The position numbers were made by a program, and so were the translations under genes. The notes below the pieces were generated by a model that was not told the origin of the DNA, searched no databases, and worked only from the letters and a program-made list of their open reading frames with translations. Shown one piece after another: positions 1 to 9,246 of a stretch of 26,412 bases of DNA; the stretch's first letter is position 1, and each line of letters begins with the position of its first letter. Origin of the DNA: a virus (Duplodnaviria > Caudoviricetes); IMG/VR virus record IMGVR_UViG_3300007643_000048, positions 1 to 26,412 of that record; one strand, given 5' to 3'.

Positions 1-3000
1 CTGTACAGTTTTCCCATACAATAGAATGTTCAAAAATACCATGCATATCAAATGATACTGCTTTTGGTCGTTGTGCATGAGAGTTTTTTATGTAATGAAA
101 TGCACCACCACTTATATCTACATTATGTCTTACTCTTACGCCTACAATATTATCTAACTCACCTTTATTAGAAAAAACCACTTGCGTAGTATAGCCTTGA
201 CCACCGTTAAAAATAGCTGGCTTATCTAAATAAATATCTTTAACTGTAAATCTATGTGAATATTGATTGTAAATAAGTGGTCGTTTAGTGTATTTACCTG
301 TAATATTTATTGCTTTAGAATTAACAGCATAATTAAACGATACACCACATACAAACGTGTCTAACTGCCCATCACTCTCATACGTTCCTGTTGGAACAAT
401 TTTATCGTCAATATGTAGATTTTTAACAATTACATTTCTAGCTGGTGTTACTTTAGTTAAATCACCTGTTACGGTTTCTCCGCTCCAATCAAAAGGCGAA
501 TAATAATCTAGTACTATATAACCATCTGCTGTTTTATCTAGTATTTCACAAATAAGTTTTGCTTGTGGTTTAAGGTTTGAAATAAGGTTTGTACCTGTTT
601 CAACATCTAATATTACATAGTCACCAACATTAAACAACGCATTATTAGCTGTTTTAACTTTACTTTGTATGGAGCTACTATAAAAACCATCGCTATCTAA
701 ATCGGTATTATATAAAACTTCTTTTGGCACAAACTCTGTTATGCTTGATGTGCTTGATGTAGTACCATGCGCATTTATAATTCCTATTTCGTAATTAACA
801 GCACCTACATCTGCTGTGCCTTCCCAATTAATAGTAGCATTATTAAATTCTAAAATAGTATTATCACCAGCATATTGTGGTGTAGATAGTTCGTAGGCAT
901 CACTTAAACAATAAAATACACCACCATTTTGACTATCTATATAATCTAAAGCGTTGGTAAATGCTGTAGAATCGTCGGTAGTACCATCGCCATACGCTCC
1001 AAATTGTTCTGGTGTTACATGGTCTTTAAAAATTCTTAACCACCTGCCTGTGGTTACTGCTGTTACTTTTATAACACTACCACCATCATCAGTTGCGGTG
1101 CTTGCTGCGTCCCAATAAAAATAACCACCACCTTTATCGGTTTGGGTGTAATATCCAGCTACATACACTTCATCGCCTGAACCACCTTCATAGGTTTTTA
1201 AAGTCGCTATATTAGATATTGTTATTGGTGCGTTTGTAGATGTTAATATATTATTGCCATCCCATCTTAAATTATCACCAAAACGCAATAGTTGTTTAGT
1301 GTTAGTATTATTATTAAATCCTAAATATGGGTAGTTACCATTGTTATTTAATGTTAATGTAGATGTATGGGTTTTTGCTGCTGTTATAGTTTGAGCTGTG
1401 GTTAATGTAACTCCATTTGCAGCAGTTAGTAACGAATTTCCATCCCATTGTATATTATCACCTAACCTGGTTAAGTTTTTAGTATCTGTATCGTTATCGA
1501 AACCAATATAAGGAAACGAACCGTTATTACTAATAAACATATTTCCAGTTACAACACCACCTAATTTAAAATCACCCCAAACAAAAGCGGTATTCCAATT
1601 AGCGCTATTATCTGTAAAACTATAATCACTTAACAAAGTACTTGGTGTAAAGTGTGAGCCTGTACTAAAATTAGATGTCGCATTACTATAATTTGCTAAA
1701 TCGTTATCTACTACAAAATCTATTGTGCCATCACCATCTTGATAGGTTACAGTTGCTAATGTTTCGGTATTTCCTGTAAGCATTGCACCAACCTTATCTT
1801 GTACTTGCTCATCACTAAGTTGTGTATTGGTGTCGGTTTGTATTGCAGAATCTGCTAAAGCTAAACTTGCTTGCACACCTGCATCTAGTTTTAATACATC
1901 TATACTACCAGTAACAATATCAGCTTCTATATCGCTACCTGTTAATGTTAAATCTATTTCGGCTGTATCGCTTACGCTTGTGCTTTCGCTTCCACCTGCT
2001 ATAGATTCTATTTTATCGTAGATAGCGTTTTTACTTGCTGCACCTGTGTCACCATTCCAACCTGCACCATATACTAAATCGCTTACTGCTGTATGCGCAC
2101 CTACTACAAAACCCTCGTTAATTGCTGCTGCTGCTACTTGCGCATCGCTTAACTGTGTATTGGTATCTACGGTATGGCTTCCTGTACTAAAGTTAGATGT
2201 ACTATTGTCATAATTTGACAAGTCATTATCGACCACAAAATTAACTTTACCTGTACCATCATCATAGGTTACTACAATACGTGTTTCGGTATTACCAGAT
2301 GCCATTGCACCAACAAAATCTTCTATTTGTTCTTGCGTTAATTGTGTGTCTGTATTTATAGATGCTAGGTTTATTATTTTGGTAGCTTCGGCATCGTTAG
2401 ACATGCTTAACTCTAAGTTTGTACCAGATAATTGTGCTACATCAAACACTTGTATTTCATTAGTAATACTACCATCTACTTCGGTTTGTAAAGCACTATC
2501 GGCTAAATCTAACGATGCGTTTACAGATGCATCTAACTTAGTTTCATCGATGCTACCTGCCACAATATCAGCTTCTATATCGCTACCTGTTAATGTTAAA
2601 TCTATTTCGGCTGTATCGCTTACGCTTGTGCTTTCTGTACCACCTGCAATCGTTTCTATTTTATCGTAGATAGCGTTTTTAGAAGCTGCATCTGTATTAC
2701 CATCCCAAGCTGGACCATATACTAAATCGCTTAATGTAATATGTGACAAGTCGCTAATATCTGCCTCTACTAAAGCACGTGCCACAAACGATGTACCGTT
2801 TGCTACCAATACAAATCTATTAGTTGTTGTAGCACCAGTAACATCGGTTAAATCGGTTAAATTTGTTGCGCCACCACCACCTGTACCAACATCTTCCCAA
2901 CTATCACCATCCCAATATTGCCATTCTGTATCGGTAGAGTTATAAATATACACTCTATCGCTTGTGCTAAAACTTAATGCATTACGCTCGGTTGTGGTAT

Positions 3001-3127
3001 ATGATACATAATTTATATAAGGCGATTTTATACCTTTAGCCACTTCTAGCTTACCTGGTAATTTTTGGGTTTGTGCGGATGCAAATGCTGTGATTAAGAG
3101 CGCTGCAAGTATTAGTATCTTTTTCAT
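1..3127 (-). CDS. Tailspike/tail-fibre-like protein with pectate-lyase-like beta-helix (putative depolymerase), 3' end outside window
   Basis: Absent from the ORF track, apparently because it runs off the left edge. ATG at 3127 gives MKKILILAALLITAFASAQ..., later VAGYYTQTDKGGGYFYWD...DDGGSVI...GRWLR and TPEQFGAYGDGTTDDSTAFTNA (tailspike / Pectate_lyase_3-type N-terminal motifs). Confidence 0.8.
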   Translation of the reverse strand, partial: MKKILILAALLITAFASAQTQKLPGKLEVAKGIKSPYINYVSYTTTERNALSFSTSDRVYIYNSTDTEWQYWDGDSWEDVGTGGGGATNLTDLTDVTGATTTNRFVLVANGTSFVARALVEADISDLSHITLSDLVYGPAWDGNTDAASKNAIYDKIETIAGGTESTSVSDTAEIDLTLTGSDIEADIVAGSIDETKLDASVNASLDLADSALQTEVDGSITNEIQVFDVAQLSGTNLELSMSNDAEATKIINLASINTDTQLTQEQIEDFVGAMASGNTETRIVVTYDDGTGKVNFVVDNDLSNYDNSTSNFSTGSHTVDTNTQLSDAQVAAAAINEGFVVGAHTAVSDLVYGAGWNGDTGAASKNAIYDKIESIAGGSESTSVSDTAEIDLTLTGSDIEADIVTGSIDVLKLDAGVQASLALADSAIQTDTNTQLSDEQVQDKVGAMLTGNTETLATVTYQDGDGTIDFVVDNDLANYSNATSNFSTGSHFTPSTLLSDYSFTDNSANWNTAFVWGDFKLGGVVTGNMFISNNGSFPYIGFDNDTDTKNLTRLGDNIQWDGNSLLTAANGVTLTTAQTITAAKTHTSTLTLNNNGNYPYLGFNNNTNTKQLLRFGDNLRWDGNNILTSTNAPITISNIATLKTYEGGSGDEVYVAGYYTQTDKGGGYFYWDAASTATDDGGSVIKVTAVTTGRWLRIFKDHVTPEQFGAYGDGTTDDSTAFTNALDYIDSQNGGVFYCLSDAYELSTPQYAGDNTILEFNNATINWEGTADVGAVNYEIGIINAHGTTSSTSSITEFVPKEVLYNTDLDSDGFYSSSIQSKVKTANNALFNVGDYVILDVETGTNLISNLKPQAKLICEILDKTADGYIVLDYYSPFDWSGETVTGDLTKVTPARNVIVKNLHIDDKIVPTGTYESDGQLDTFVCGVSFNYAVNSKAINITGKYTKRPLIYNQYSHRFTVKDIYLDKPAIFNGGQGYTTQVVFSNKGELDNIVGVRVRHNVDISGGAFHYIKNSHAQRPKAVSFDMHGIFEHSIVWENCT
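1914..2635. repeat. Internal duplication in tailspike gene; identical 74-bp blocks at 1914-1987 and 2562-2635 within larger imperfect repeats (~1660-2090 vs ~2180-2735)
   Basis: acaatatcagcttctatatcgctacc...gcttgtgctttc occurs twice, and the flanking sequence is also similar. Confidence 0.9.
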
Positions 3128-3146
3128 TTTTTGATTGCTTTGTAGG

Positions 3147-3503
3147 TTACGTTGTACTTTGTATTGCTAGTGGTGTGTAATTACCATCATCCCAATCTGG
3201 TGTGGTACCAATATTATCGGTATCTGCATCTGCTAAATGATTTTCGTAAAGTAATGTTAGTATGGTTGTTGCGTTACCAAATACTACTATACGGTCGTTT
3301 AACTCTACTACAGATTGGTTTGTATTACCAGGCGCTTTTAATAAATGTGCTTGATTACCATCTACAGTTATAATGCCTGTTATAGCATTTATTAATGCTT
3401 CTAAATAGGTGTTATTAGCATTTGTTTTTTGCGCCCAAATACGTGCTGAATCTCCTGTGCCATCGTCGGCTGTTGTTCCAATATTTATTACTTGTAATGG
3501 CAT
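3147..3503 (-). CDS. Putative baseplate/fibre attachment protein
   Basis: N-terminal INIGTTADDGTGDSAR...KTNAN resembles the NIGxxxDDGTGDxLR..K.N motif of T4 gp9/gp10-like and related fibre proteins. It lies in the tail module. Confidence 0.6.
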   Translation of the reverse strand: MPLQVINIGTTADDGTGDSARIWAQKTNANNTYLEALINAITGIITVDGNQAHLLKAPGNTNQSVVELNDRIVVFGNATTILTLLYENHLADADTDNIGTTPDWDDGNYTPLAIQSTT

Positions 3504-3508
3504 ATATT

Positions 3509-3655
3509 TTAATTTTCGTCTGCGGTTCTAATGGTTGTATCGGCAAATATTAATGTACTATCTGCAGTAAAAGGGTCTGTTTGCGTCACTATAATAGCAG
3601 CATCAATATCTGCTATATCTGCACCTACAAAAATTCTATGTCTTACATCGCTCAT
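3509..3655 (-). CDS. Small hypothetical virion-module protein (48 aa, MSDVRHRIFVGADIAD...FTADSTLIFADTTIRTADEN)
   Basis: ATGA overlap with the upstream gene's stop. It ends 5 nt before the next ATG and is below the ORF-track cutoff. Confidence 0.7.
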   Translation of the reverse strand: MSDVRHRIFVGADIADIDAAIIVTQTDPFTADSTLIFADTTIRTADEN

Positions 3656-6369
3656 AAGCTTATAGATTCACTTTCTAATAATGGTAAACCTGCTATGGTA
3701 CCAGAACCTGCTACAAAACTTATACTGTTTACTGTAAGTGTAAAACTCGCATCTGCTTGTAATGGTGATTCTATAGAACCATTATCTTCACATTTCATAT
3801 AAAACACCCAACGTAAATCGTGACTGTTTATATAATTAATTGAAAAAGGCACAATAGTTATTTCGCTTTCCTCTCCTAAATCACTATGTATGATTGCTGC
3901 GTTTTTAGTAATTTCTACAGTTGACACCGTATCAATATTTGCTTCGTCGTTGTTTTCGTTTTCTATACGATATTCACCTTCAATTAGCATTACAAAATCT
4001 TCTGGTAACGCTGGTGTTACTTGTAATTGATAGGTGCATTGCTTATTTATAAAAGTTGGTAGGTTGTTTGCAACTGGTTCTATGCAGCTTATTTCTACCA
4101 AACTAAAGGTGTATTCTTTTTCTCTAAATATTTTTACCGTATCACTAGATGTTGCGCCTTCATTATCGGTTACGGTTATTTTAAATTCGTATTCATCATC
4201 GGTTAAATCACTAAGTGCTGTATCTTCTGAAACTGGCGATGCTATTACACCACCTGTACCCAATATGCGCTGCCATAAATAGGACGCTATAAAACCATCT
4301 AAATCGTAAGCACTTGCATCTAGGTTTGCTGTAGTTGCTAATTCGGTTATTATTATATCTGGTCCCGCATTAACAAAAGGTGGTATGTTATCTTGTGGAA
4401 TTACCGTGTTTTGGTAGACTGTTTTTATAATTGTTAGTGTGGTTTCGCCATTGTCTAAATCCCAACTACAATTAGTTACCATATAATTAGCTTGTAGCAA
4501 ATATTGCCATACAATAAAATCGTCTGGTTTTACTGCACCCATTATTGTTACATCTACTTTTTGATGCGGTACTAAATGCATGCGCCTAATAATATTGGCT
4601 GCTGCTTGTGCATAACGTATGTTTTCAGCAGGGTAAACACTATCTGTCCATTGTTGCCATGTAGCACGACTATCTGTATAATCGGCTACTTTATAAACAC
4701 GTACTAAAAAGTTACCAGAAGTATATGGTGTAGATGTTACTATTACCATTTCTTCACCTTTATTAAGGTTGTAAATTACTTCTACAACCGTTACTTGCGT
4801 GGTGTTTACAAATACCTGGTCGCTGTTTTCTTCAATTAGGTTTGCACCATTTAAATCTACTACACTATAATGTTTACCGCTTTGTGTGTAACCATATTTT
4901 ATAGGTACTGCTATTTCGTTAAAAGTAACTGCATCTGCACGAAGTTTTGCTAATAAAAACGCCTTACTAAACCCTGTAGCATCATCTGCAAAGGTTAAAT
5001 CTACATCGCTTGTAAGGGTATATTCATCGTTAATAGTATCGGTAATTACTTGTATATCTTCAAAACCAATTACATCTATACTTACGCTTTTTAATTTCCA
5101 CGCTGGCGATATTGTAGATACGCCTAATGTCTGGTATAATAAAATATCTATTAAACCTTCGGTTGTTGCCACATACTCAAAAGCTATTTTGTAATTTCCT
5201 GTGGTGCCTTGCCAAATTTCGGCTGTGGTAATATCGCCTGTACGATTAGAAAAAATAATATCGTCGTTAAACTTTATATCGTATAAAAAATTAGTATCTG
5301 CATTAGCTGTAGTTATTGAAATTTTAACTTTTTCGCCAGCAGGTAAGTATATTTTTTCACGAAGGTTTACAAATTTTGTTACATCAAACGAACCTGTACC
5401 ATTAGGAAACAATACTACTTCGTAATCTGGTGCTTGTGCATACGCATAACAACCGTTGTTACCATTCCAATCGGTTGCATAAGTATTACCTAAAACACCT
5501 GTAATTTCTGCCCAACCATCGTTAGCTTCTTGTGCTATGGTTTCAGGAAATTGCTGCGGTGTACGGTCGTGCGTTACTGTTATTTGTTTGTATGGTGGTA
5601 TCATGGTTACAACTGGCGTTTGTAACGTTAGATTTTTTATGTTTTTAAGGGTTCTAGTTATTTGTACTTCGCTATCGTAGGTACCATCGTAATCATATTT
5701 TTGTGCGGTAAATTGTACTTGGTTACGAATATTCCAACCCTCTACACGCCATTGGTTACTTACCTGGAAACAGGTGCTTAACCAATCGCCACAAATAGTT
5801 TCTAATATTTTATAAGCGGTTTGCTTTTTATTTTTATCTACAAAATGTAAACCATCTATATATTTTGTGTGCCAAAACTTATCTATACTATGGTGTATAG
5901 CTGGTGCTATATACACATCTAACTGCAAACCTGTAAGCTCTAAACATTTACATACAAAATCGGTAACGGTGTGTTCATCTTCATAAAAAGTATCTGGTAG
6001 ATATTTACCTTTTAAACGGCCTAAACCATCGGTAGCTTCAAAATCTACAAAAAAGTTACCTTGTGTATATGGCTCGCTATAAGAATCTGGAAGTAAAAAC
6101 CCTTGCCATACAATACTATCGTCAGTTTCTTTTTTAAGCTCTACACGGTACTTTGTTTCATCGCCTGTAAAAAGATGCAGGAAAGCACCATCGATGTTAT
6201 TACTAGATGGTACTTCCATAGTAAAAGGTAACGAACTTCCCATAATTACGAGTTCGTCTTTTGCATCTTTGCCTTCGTGATTTATTACAATAGAACTAGC
6301 TGCAGCATTTTCTATAATAGTAGTATGCGTGGCAGCGGTTGTATCGATTATGTCTACGTAATAATTCAT
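3652..6369 (-). CDS. Large tail tip/hub structural protein with PKD/Ig-like domain (905 aa)
   Basis: Immediately follows TMP with a TAATG overlap. Contains a PKD-like segment PPFVNAGPD...ASYLWQ...YEFKITVTDNEGATSSDTVKI. Confidence 0.7.
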   Translation of the reverse strand: MNYYVDIIDTTAATHTTIIENAAASSIVINHEGKDAKDELVIMGSSLPFTMEVPSSNNIDGAFLHLFTGDETKYRVELKKETDDSIVWQGFLLPDSYSEPYTQGNFFVDFEATDGLGRLKGKYLPDTFYEDEHTVTDFVCKCLELTGLQLDVYIAPAIHHSIDKFWHTKYIDGLHFVDKNKKQTAYKILETICGDWLSTCFQVSNQWRVEGWNIRNQVQFTAQKYDYDGTYDSEVQITRTLKNIKNLTLQTPVVTMIPPYKQITVTHDRTPQQFPETIAQEANDGWAEITGVLGNTYATDWNGNNGCYAYAQAPDYEVVLFPNGTGSFDVTKFVNLREKIYLPAGEKVKISITTANADTNFLYDIKFNDDIIFSNRTGDITTAEIWQGTTGNYKIAFEYVATTEGLIDILLYQTLGVSTISPAWKLKSVSIDVIGFEDIQVITDTINDEYTLTSDVDLTFADDATGFSKAFLLAKLRADAVTFNEIAVPIKYGYTQSGKHYSVVDLNGANLIEENSDQVFVNTTQVTVVEVIYNLNKGEEMVIVTSTPYTSGNFLVRVYKVADYTDSRATWQQWTDSVYPAENIRYAQAAANIIRRMHLVPHQKVDVTIMGAVKPDDFIVWQYLLQANYMVTNCSWDLDNGETTLTIIKTVYQNTVIPQDNIPPFVNAGPDIIITELATTANLDASAYDLDGFIASYLWQRILGTGGVIASPVSEDTALSDLTDDEYEFKITVTDNEGATSSDTVKIFREKEYTFSLVEISCIEPVANNLPTFINKQCTYQLQVTPALPEDFVMLIEGEYRIENENNDEANIDTVSTVEITKNAAIIHSDLGEESEITIVPFSINYINSHDLRWVFYMKCEDNGSIESPLQADASFTLTVNSISFVAGSGTIAGLPLLESESISL

Positions 6370-8771
6370 TAACTTCTACGTGCTATTTTCTTTTTAGCTC
6401 TATCTGTTACTAATATTAATTTATCGCCTTCTACAATTTGGCGTGTGGTTGTAACTGTTTCGTAATCGGATTGTGTTGTTAAACTGTATAATCGTTTTTG
6501 TTGCTCTTGGTTAAATATGGCTTCGCCAGAATTTACACGTGCTAATAGTTTATCGCCATAATAGGATGAGCCACCAACAATACCACCAGTTGCAAATGCG
6601 CCTGCGTCTTGAAAGCCACCCTTTAAAAAGCCTTTTACAACTGCTGCCAACGCTATTAAAGCGCCACCTGCTGCAATTGATGCAAACGGATTTACAAACA
6701 AACTTTTAAAAGCAATACTTGCTAAACCTGCTTGCACCATTGCTTTACCAAGACCTTCTATAAATTTTGCGACTATACTCATTAAACCATTAAACAAGCC
6801 AGATAAACTTGCGCCACCTGTTGCTAATGCGCCTAAAAAACTACCAAAAGTTTCTATTGCGCCAGCTAAACCCTGTTGTACAGATTCGCTTAATATTTGC
6901 CCAAAGTTGACTGCGTTTTCGTTTATGGTTGCAAAGGTTTCTTTAATACGCAAGCCAGAACCTGTTATAAGATTTTCGGTGGTTGCTAATGGGTTTACAA
7001 CATCTACACTTTTAAGCCCAGATGCTACTGACGTTTCTTTTTTACGACCTGCAGCACCACCACCTGTTGCGCCTTGCAACCCTTTTACAACACCTTTTTT
7101 TGTGGCTTCACTTACTGCATCTGTAATTTGTGTAGCATCTACATTTTCGCTTAAAAACTTAATTTTCTTTTTAGTAGTAATCGCATCTAAAGTATCTTCG
7201 GTTACGGTTTTAATCCCTTTCATTAAACCATCCCAATCGCCTTTTAAATCGGTAGTGAGTTCTTTAAAATTACTACGTCCTTTTACGCTTGCTTGCTTTA
7301 TAATATCTGGAATTGTAGAAAATTCGCCTTTAAATACGGCTGCTATAATTTTACCAATGGTTTTAAAGCCATTTGTAAATTGCGATACAAAGTTTTTTAA
7401 GATGCTTTTTAAACCTTCGAACGCAAATTTACCAGCCTCCCAAAGTAATTTAAACGTGCTTATAACACTTTGTACTACTATACGAAATGCGGTGCTTTCG
7501 TTATATAAGTCTATAAAGTAGTTAGCTATATCTATTAAGGTTTTTTTAATAGGCTGCCAATTTTTATAAATTACCACACCTATTGCTGTAAGTCCAGCGA
7601 CTATTAAGCCAATTGGACCAGTAAGTATTGCAAAGCCTGTGGCTATTGCTGGTAATATTGTGCCTGCCAATGCTAGTAATGGCCCAATTGCTGCTGCAAT
7701 ACCACCAAGTACTACAATAAACTTTTTTGTGGTTGGTGATAGCTCGTTAAACTTACCTAACATATCTGTTAAGTAGCCTGCAAACTTTTGTATTAATGGT
7801 GCTAATTGTTCACCTAAAGAAATGGCTGCACCTTCGAAAGCAGATTTTAATCTAAAAAACGAGCCTTTTAAAGTGTTATCCATTATTGCAGCCATTTCTG
7901 CTGCAGAACCACCTGCGTTTTGAAACTCTATTGAAAATTTTTGTGCTTCTTTATAATTTTGTGCTAGTACTGCTGCTACGGTTGCACCACGCTTACCAAA
8001 CAAATTAAAGGCTGCTGCGTTAGTGTTTGTTGCATTTGATATTTGTGATAACGCACCTTCTAATGTTTGGCCACTACCAGCTAAATCTAAATAAATATTA
8101 CGCAACCCTGTACCTGCGGTTGATGCATCGATACCTGCGTTTACTAATACTGCTAATTGACCTGTAGCATCTTCTATAGATAAGCCTGCGTTTTTTGCAA
8201 CTGGCGCTAATACTGCCATTGCTGTTTGAAACTTATCTAACGATAATGCAGATGCACTAAATGATGCCGCCATTACATCTACTACACGGTTTGTTTCGGC
8301 TGCTTCTAAACCAAACCCACGTAATGTAGATGCTGCTACTATTGCACTATTTGCTAAATCTTCGCCAGTTGCAAGTGCTAAATCTAAGGTTGCTTTTGTA
8401 GCATTAACAATTTCATCTGGATTAAAACCAAGCTTAGAATAATTAAGTTGTAATGCTGCTACTTCGCTTGCAGTAAATCGTGTGGTTTCACCAAGTTTTT
8501 TTGCATCTTTTTCTAAAGCTTCAAACTCGGTACCTGTAGCACCAGAAATAGCTTTTACTTTAGCCATTGCATCTTCAAACTCGGCAAACTTTGCAATACC
8601 TAATGTGCCTAAAGCCACCAAAGGCAATGTTAAACCTGTAGTAAGTGAGCTACCTAAAGACTGCATACGCTTACCAGTTTTATTTAACTGGCGGTTTACG
8701 TTTTGCATTTGGCTACTAAACCCTTTTAGGTCTGCAAAAAACTTAATATTTATACTACTTAGTGATGCCCT
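6369..8771 (-). CDS. Tail tape measure protein (TP901-family core); probable start at AGG 8771 (800 aa), first ATG at 8708 (779 aa)
   Basis: FEDAMAKVKAISGAT...LGETTRFTASEVA core, with Ala/Gly-rich helical and hydrophobic segments. The frame is open 21 codons upstream of the ATG, reading (AGG)ASLSSINIKFFADLKGFSSQ, with an in-frame TAA 7 codons before the AGG. Confidence 0.92.
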   Translation of the reverse strand, partial: RASLSSINIKFFADLKGFSSQMQNVNRQLNKTGKRMQSLGSSLTTGLTLPLVALGTLGIAKFAEFEDAMAKVKAISGATGTEFEALEKDAKKLGETTRFTASEVAALQLNYSKLGFNPDEIVNATKATLDLALATGEDLANSAIVAASTLRGFGLEAAETNRVVDVMAASFSASALSLDKFQTAMAVLAPVAKNAGLSIEDATGQLAVLVNAGIDASTAGTGLRNIYLDLAGSGQTLEGALSQISNATNTNAAAFNLFGKRGATVAAVLAQNYKEAQKFSIEFQNAGGSAAEMAAIMDNTLKGSFFRLKSAFEGAAISLGEQLAPLIQKFAGYLTDMLGKFNELSPTTKKFIVVLGGIAAAIGPLLALAGTILPAIATGFAILTGPIGLIVAGLTAIGVVIYKNWQPIKKTLIDIANYFIDLYNESTAFRIVVQSVISTFKLLWEAGKFAFEGLKSILKNFVSQFTNGFKTIGKIIAAVFKGEFSTIPDIIKQASVKGRSNFKELTTDLKGDWDGLMKGIKTVTEDTLDAITTKKKIKFLSENVDATQITDAVSEATKKGVVKGLQGATGGGAAGRKKETSVASGLKSVDVVNPLATTENLITGSGLRIKETFATINENAVNFGQILSESVQQGLAGAIETFGSFLGALATGGASLSGLFNGLMSIVAKFIEGLGKAMVQAGLASIAFKSLFVNPFASIAAGGALIALAAVVKGFLKGGFQDAGAFATGGIVGGSSYYGDKLLARVNSGEAIFNQEQQKRLYSLTTQSDYETVTTTRQIVEGDKLILVTDRAKKKIARRS

Positions 8772-8791
8772 TGGTTGTGGTTTTTGGTGTT

Positions 8792-8833
8792 ATTTAACAG
8801 ATTGCTATGCTATGCTATGCTCACAATGACGTT
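8792..8833. repeat. Short intergenic repeat copy 1 (minus strand AACGTCATTG.GAGCATAG...AGCAATCTGTTAAAT), containing (GCTAT)x3
   Basis: Near-identical to 11228-11264. Confidence 0.8.
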
Positions 8834-8842
8834 TTTACTTTG

Positions 8843-8915
8843 TAGCATCGGCAGGATTCGAACCTGCGACCTTTAGCTAAGGAAGCTAACGAGCTGCCTA
8901 CTGCTCTACGATGCG
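8843..8915 (-). tRNA. tRNA with CCU anticodon (reads AGG) on an initiator tRNA-fMet-like body
   Basis: Minus strand CGCATCG TA GAGC AGTAGGCA GCTC G TTAGC TTCCTTA GCTAA AGGTC GCAGG TTCGAAT CCTGC CGATGCT A folds into a full cloverleaf. It has a C1xU72 mismatch, A11-U24, A73 and C20; CCA is not encoded. Confidence 0.88.
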
Positions 8916-9232
8916 TTGTTTTTTAAACTTTTATCTATATGTTCAAATTCTTTTTTAATTTGCTCTGGTGTTTTTTTAGGTTTTAATTTTTCTATTTTTA
9001 GTTCTTGCTCCCAAGGCAACGGAAAAAACTTATCTGGTGTTATGTTTTTGTCTTTGCTATCGAAATTTAAAGCTGCATAAAATATAACTTGCTGTGTATG
9101 CTTCCATCGCTCTTTGGTTAATGCTTCTTCTTTTTGCCTATAACCTATTAGTATGTTATTAAATTCTCGTGGTGTTAAACTGTAAAAATAATTTATAGTT
9201 AACCCTATTTCGCCACAAGCTACTTGCTCCAA
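8906..9232 (-). CDS. Tail assembly chaperone C-terminal extension (lambda gpT-like), probably made by -1 frameshift from upstream ORF
   Basis: Lies between the TAC and TMP genes with only a TTG start. It is in the -1 frame of GGGAAAG at 9274-9280 with no intervening stop, and contains FYSLTPREF and FFPLPWE motifs. Confidence 0.8.
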   Translation of the reverse strand: MEQVACGEIGLTINYFYSLTPREFNNILIGYRQKEEALTKERWKHTQQVIFYAALNFDSKDKNITPDKFFPLPWEQELKIEKLKPKKTPEQIKKEFEHIDKSLKNNAS

Positions 9233-9246
9233 CTCGTCAAAAGTTA

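Noticed and set aside
1914-2635. Diversity-generating retroelement TR/VR pair
   Set aside because: The core copies are identical rather than differing at adenines, both lie in the same coding frame, and no reverse transcriptase is present in the window.
8843-8915. tRNA as amber suppressor for the capsid TAG
   Set aside because: The anticodon loop is UUCCUUA with CCU centred; there is no CUA at positions 34-36.
8843-8915. Ordinary tRNA-Arg(CCU), or an attL/attR remnant of a host tRNA
   Set aside because: It lacks A20, has a 1:72 mismatch and an fMet-like body, and lies complete in the middle of the tail operon rather than at a prophage edge. Arg charging is not formally excluded.
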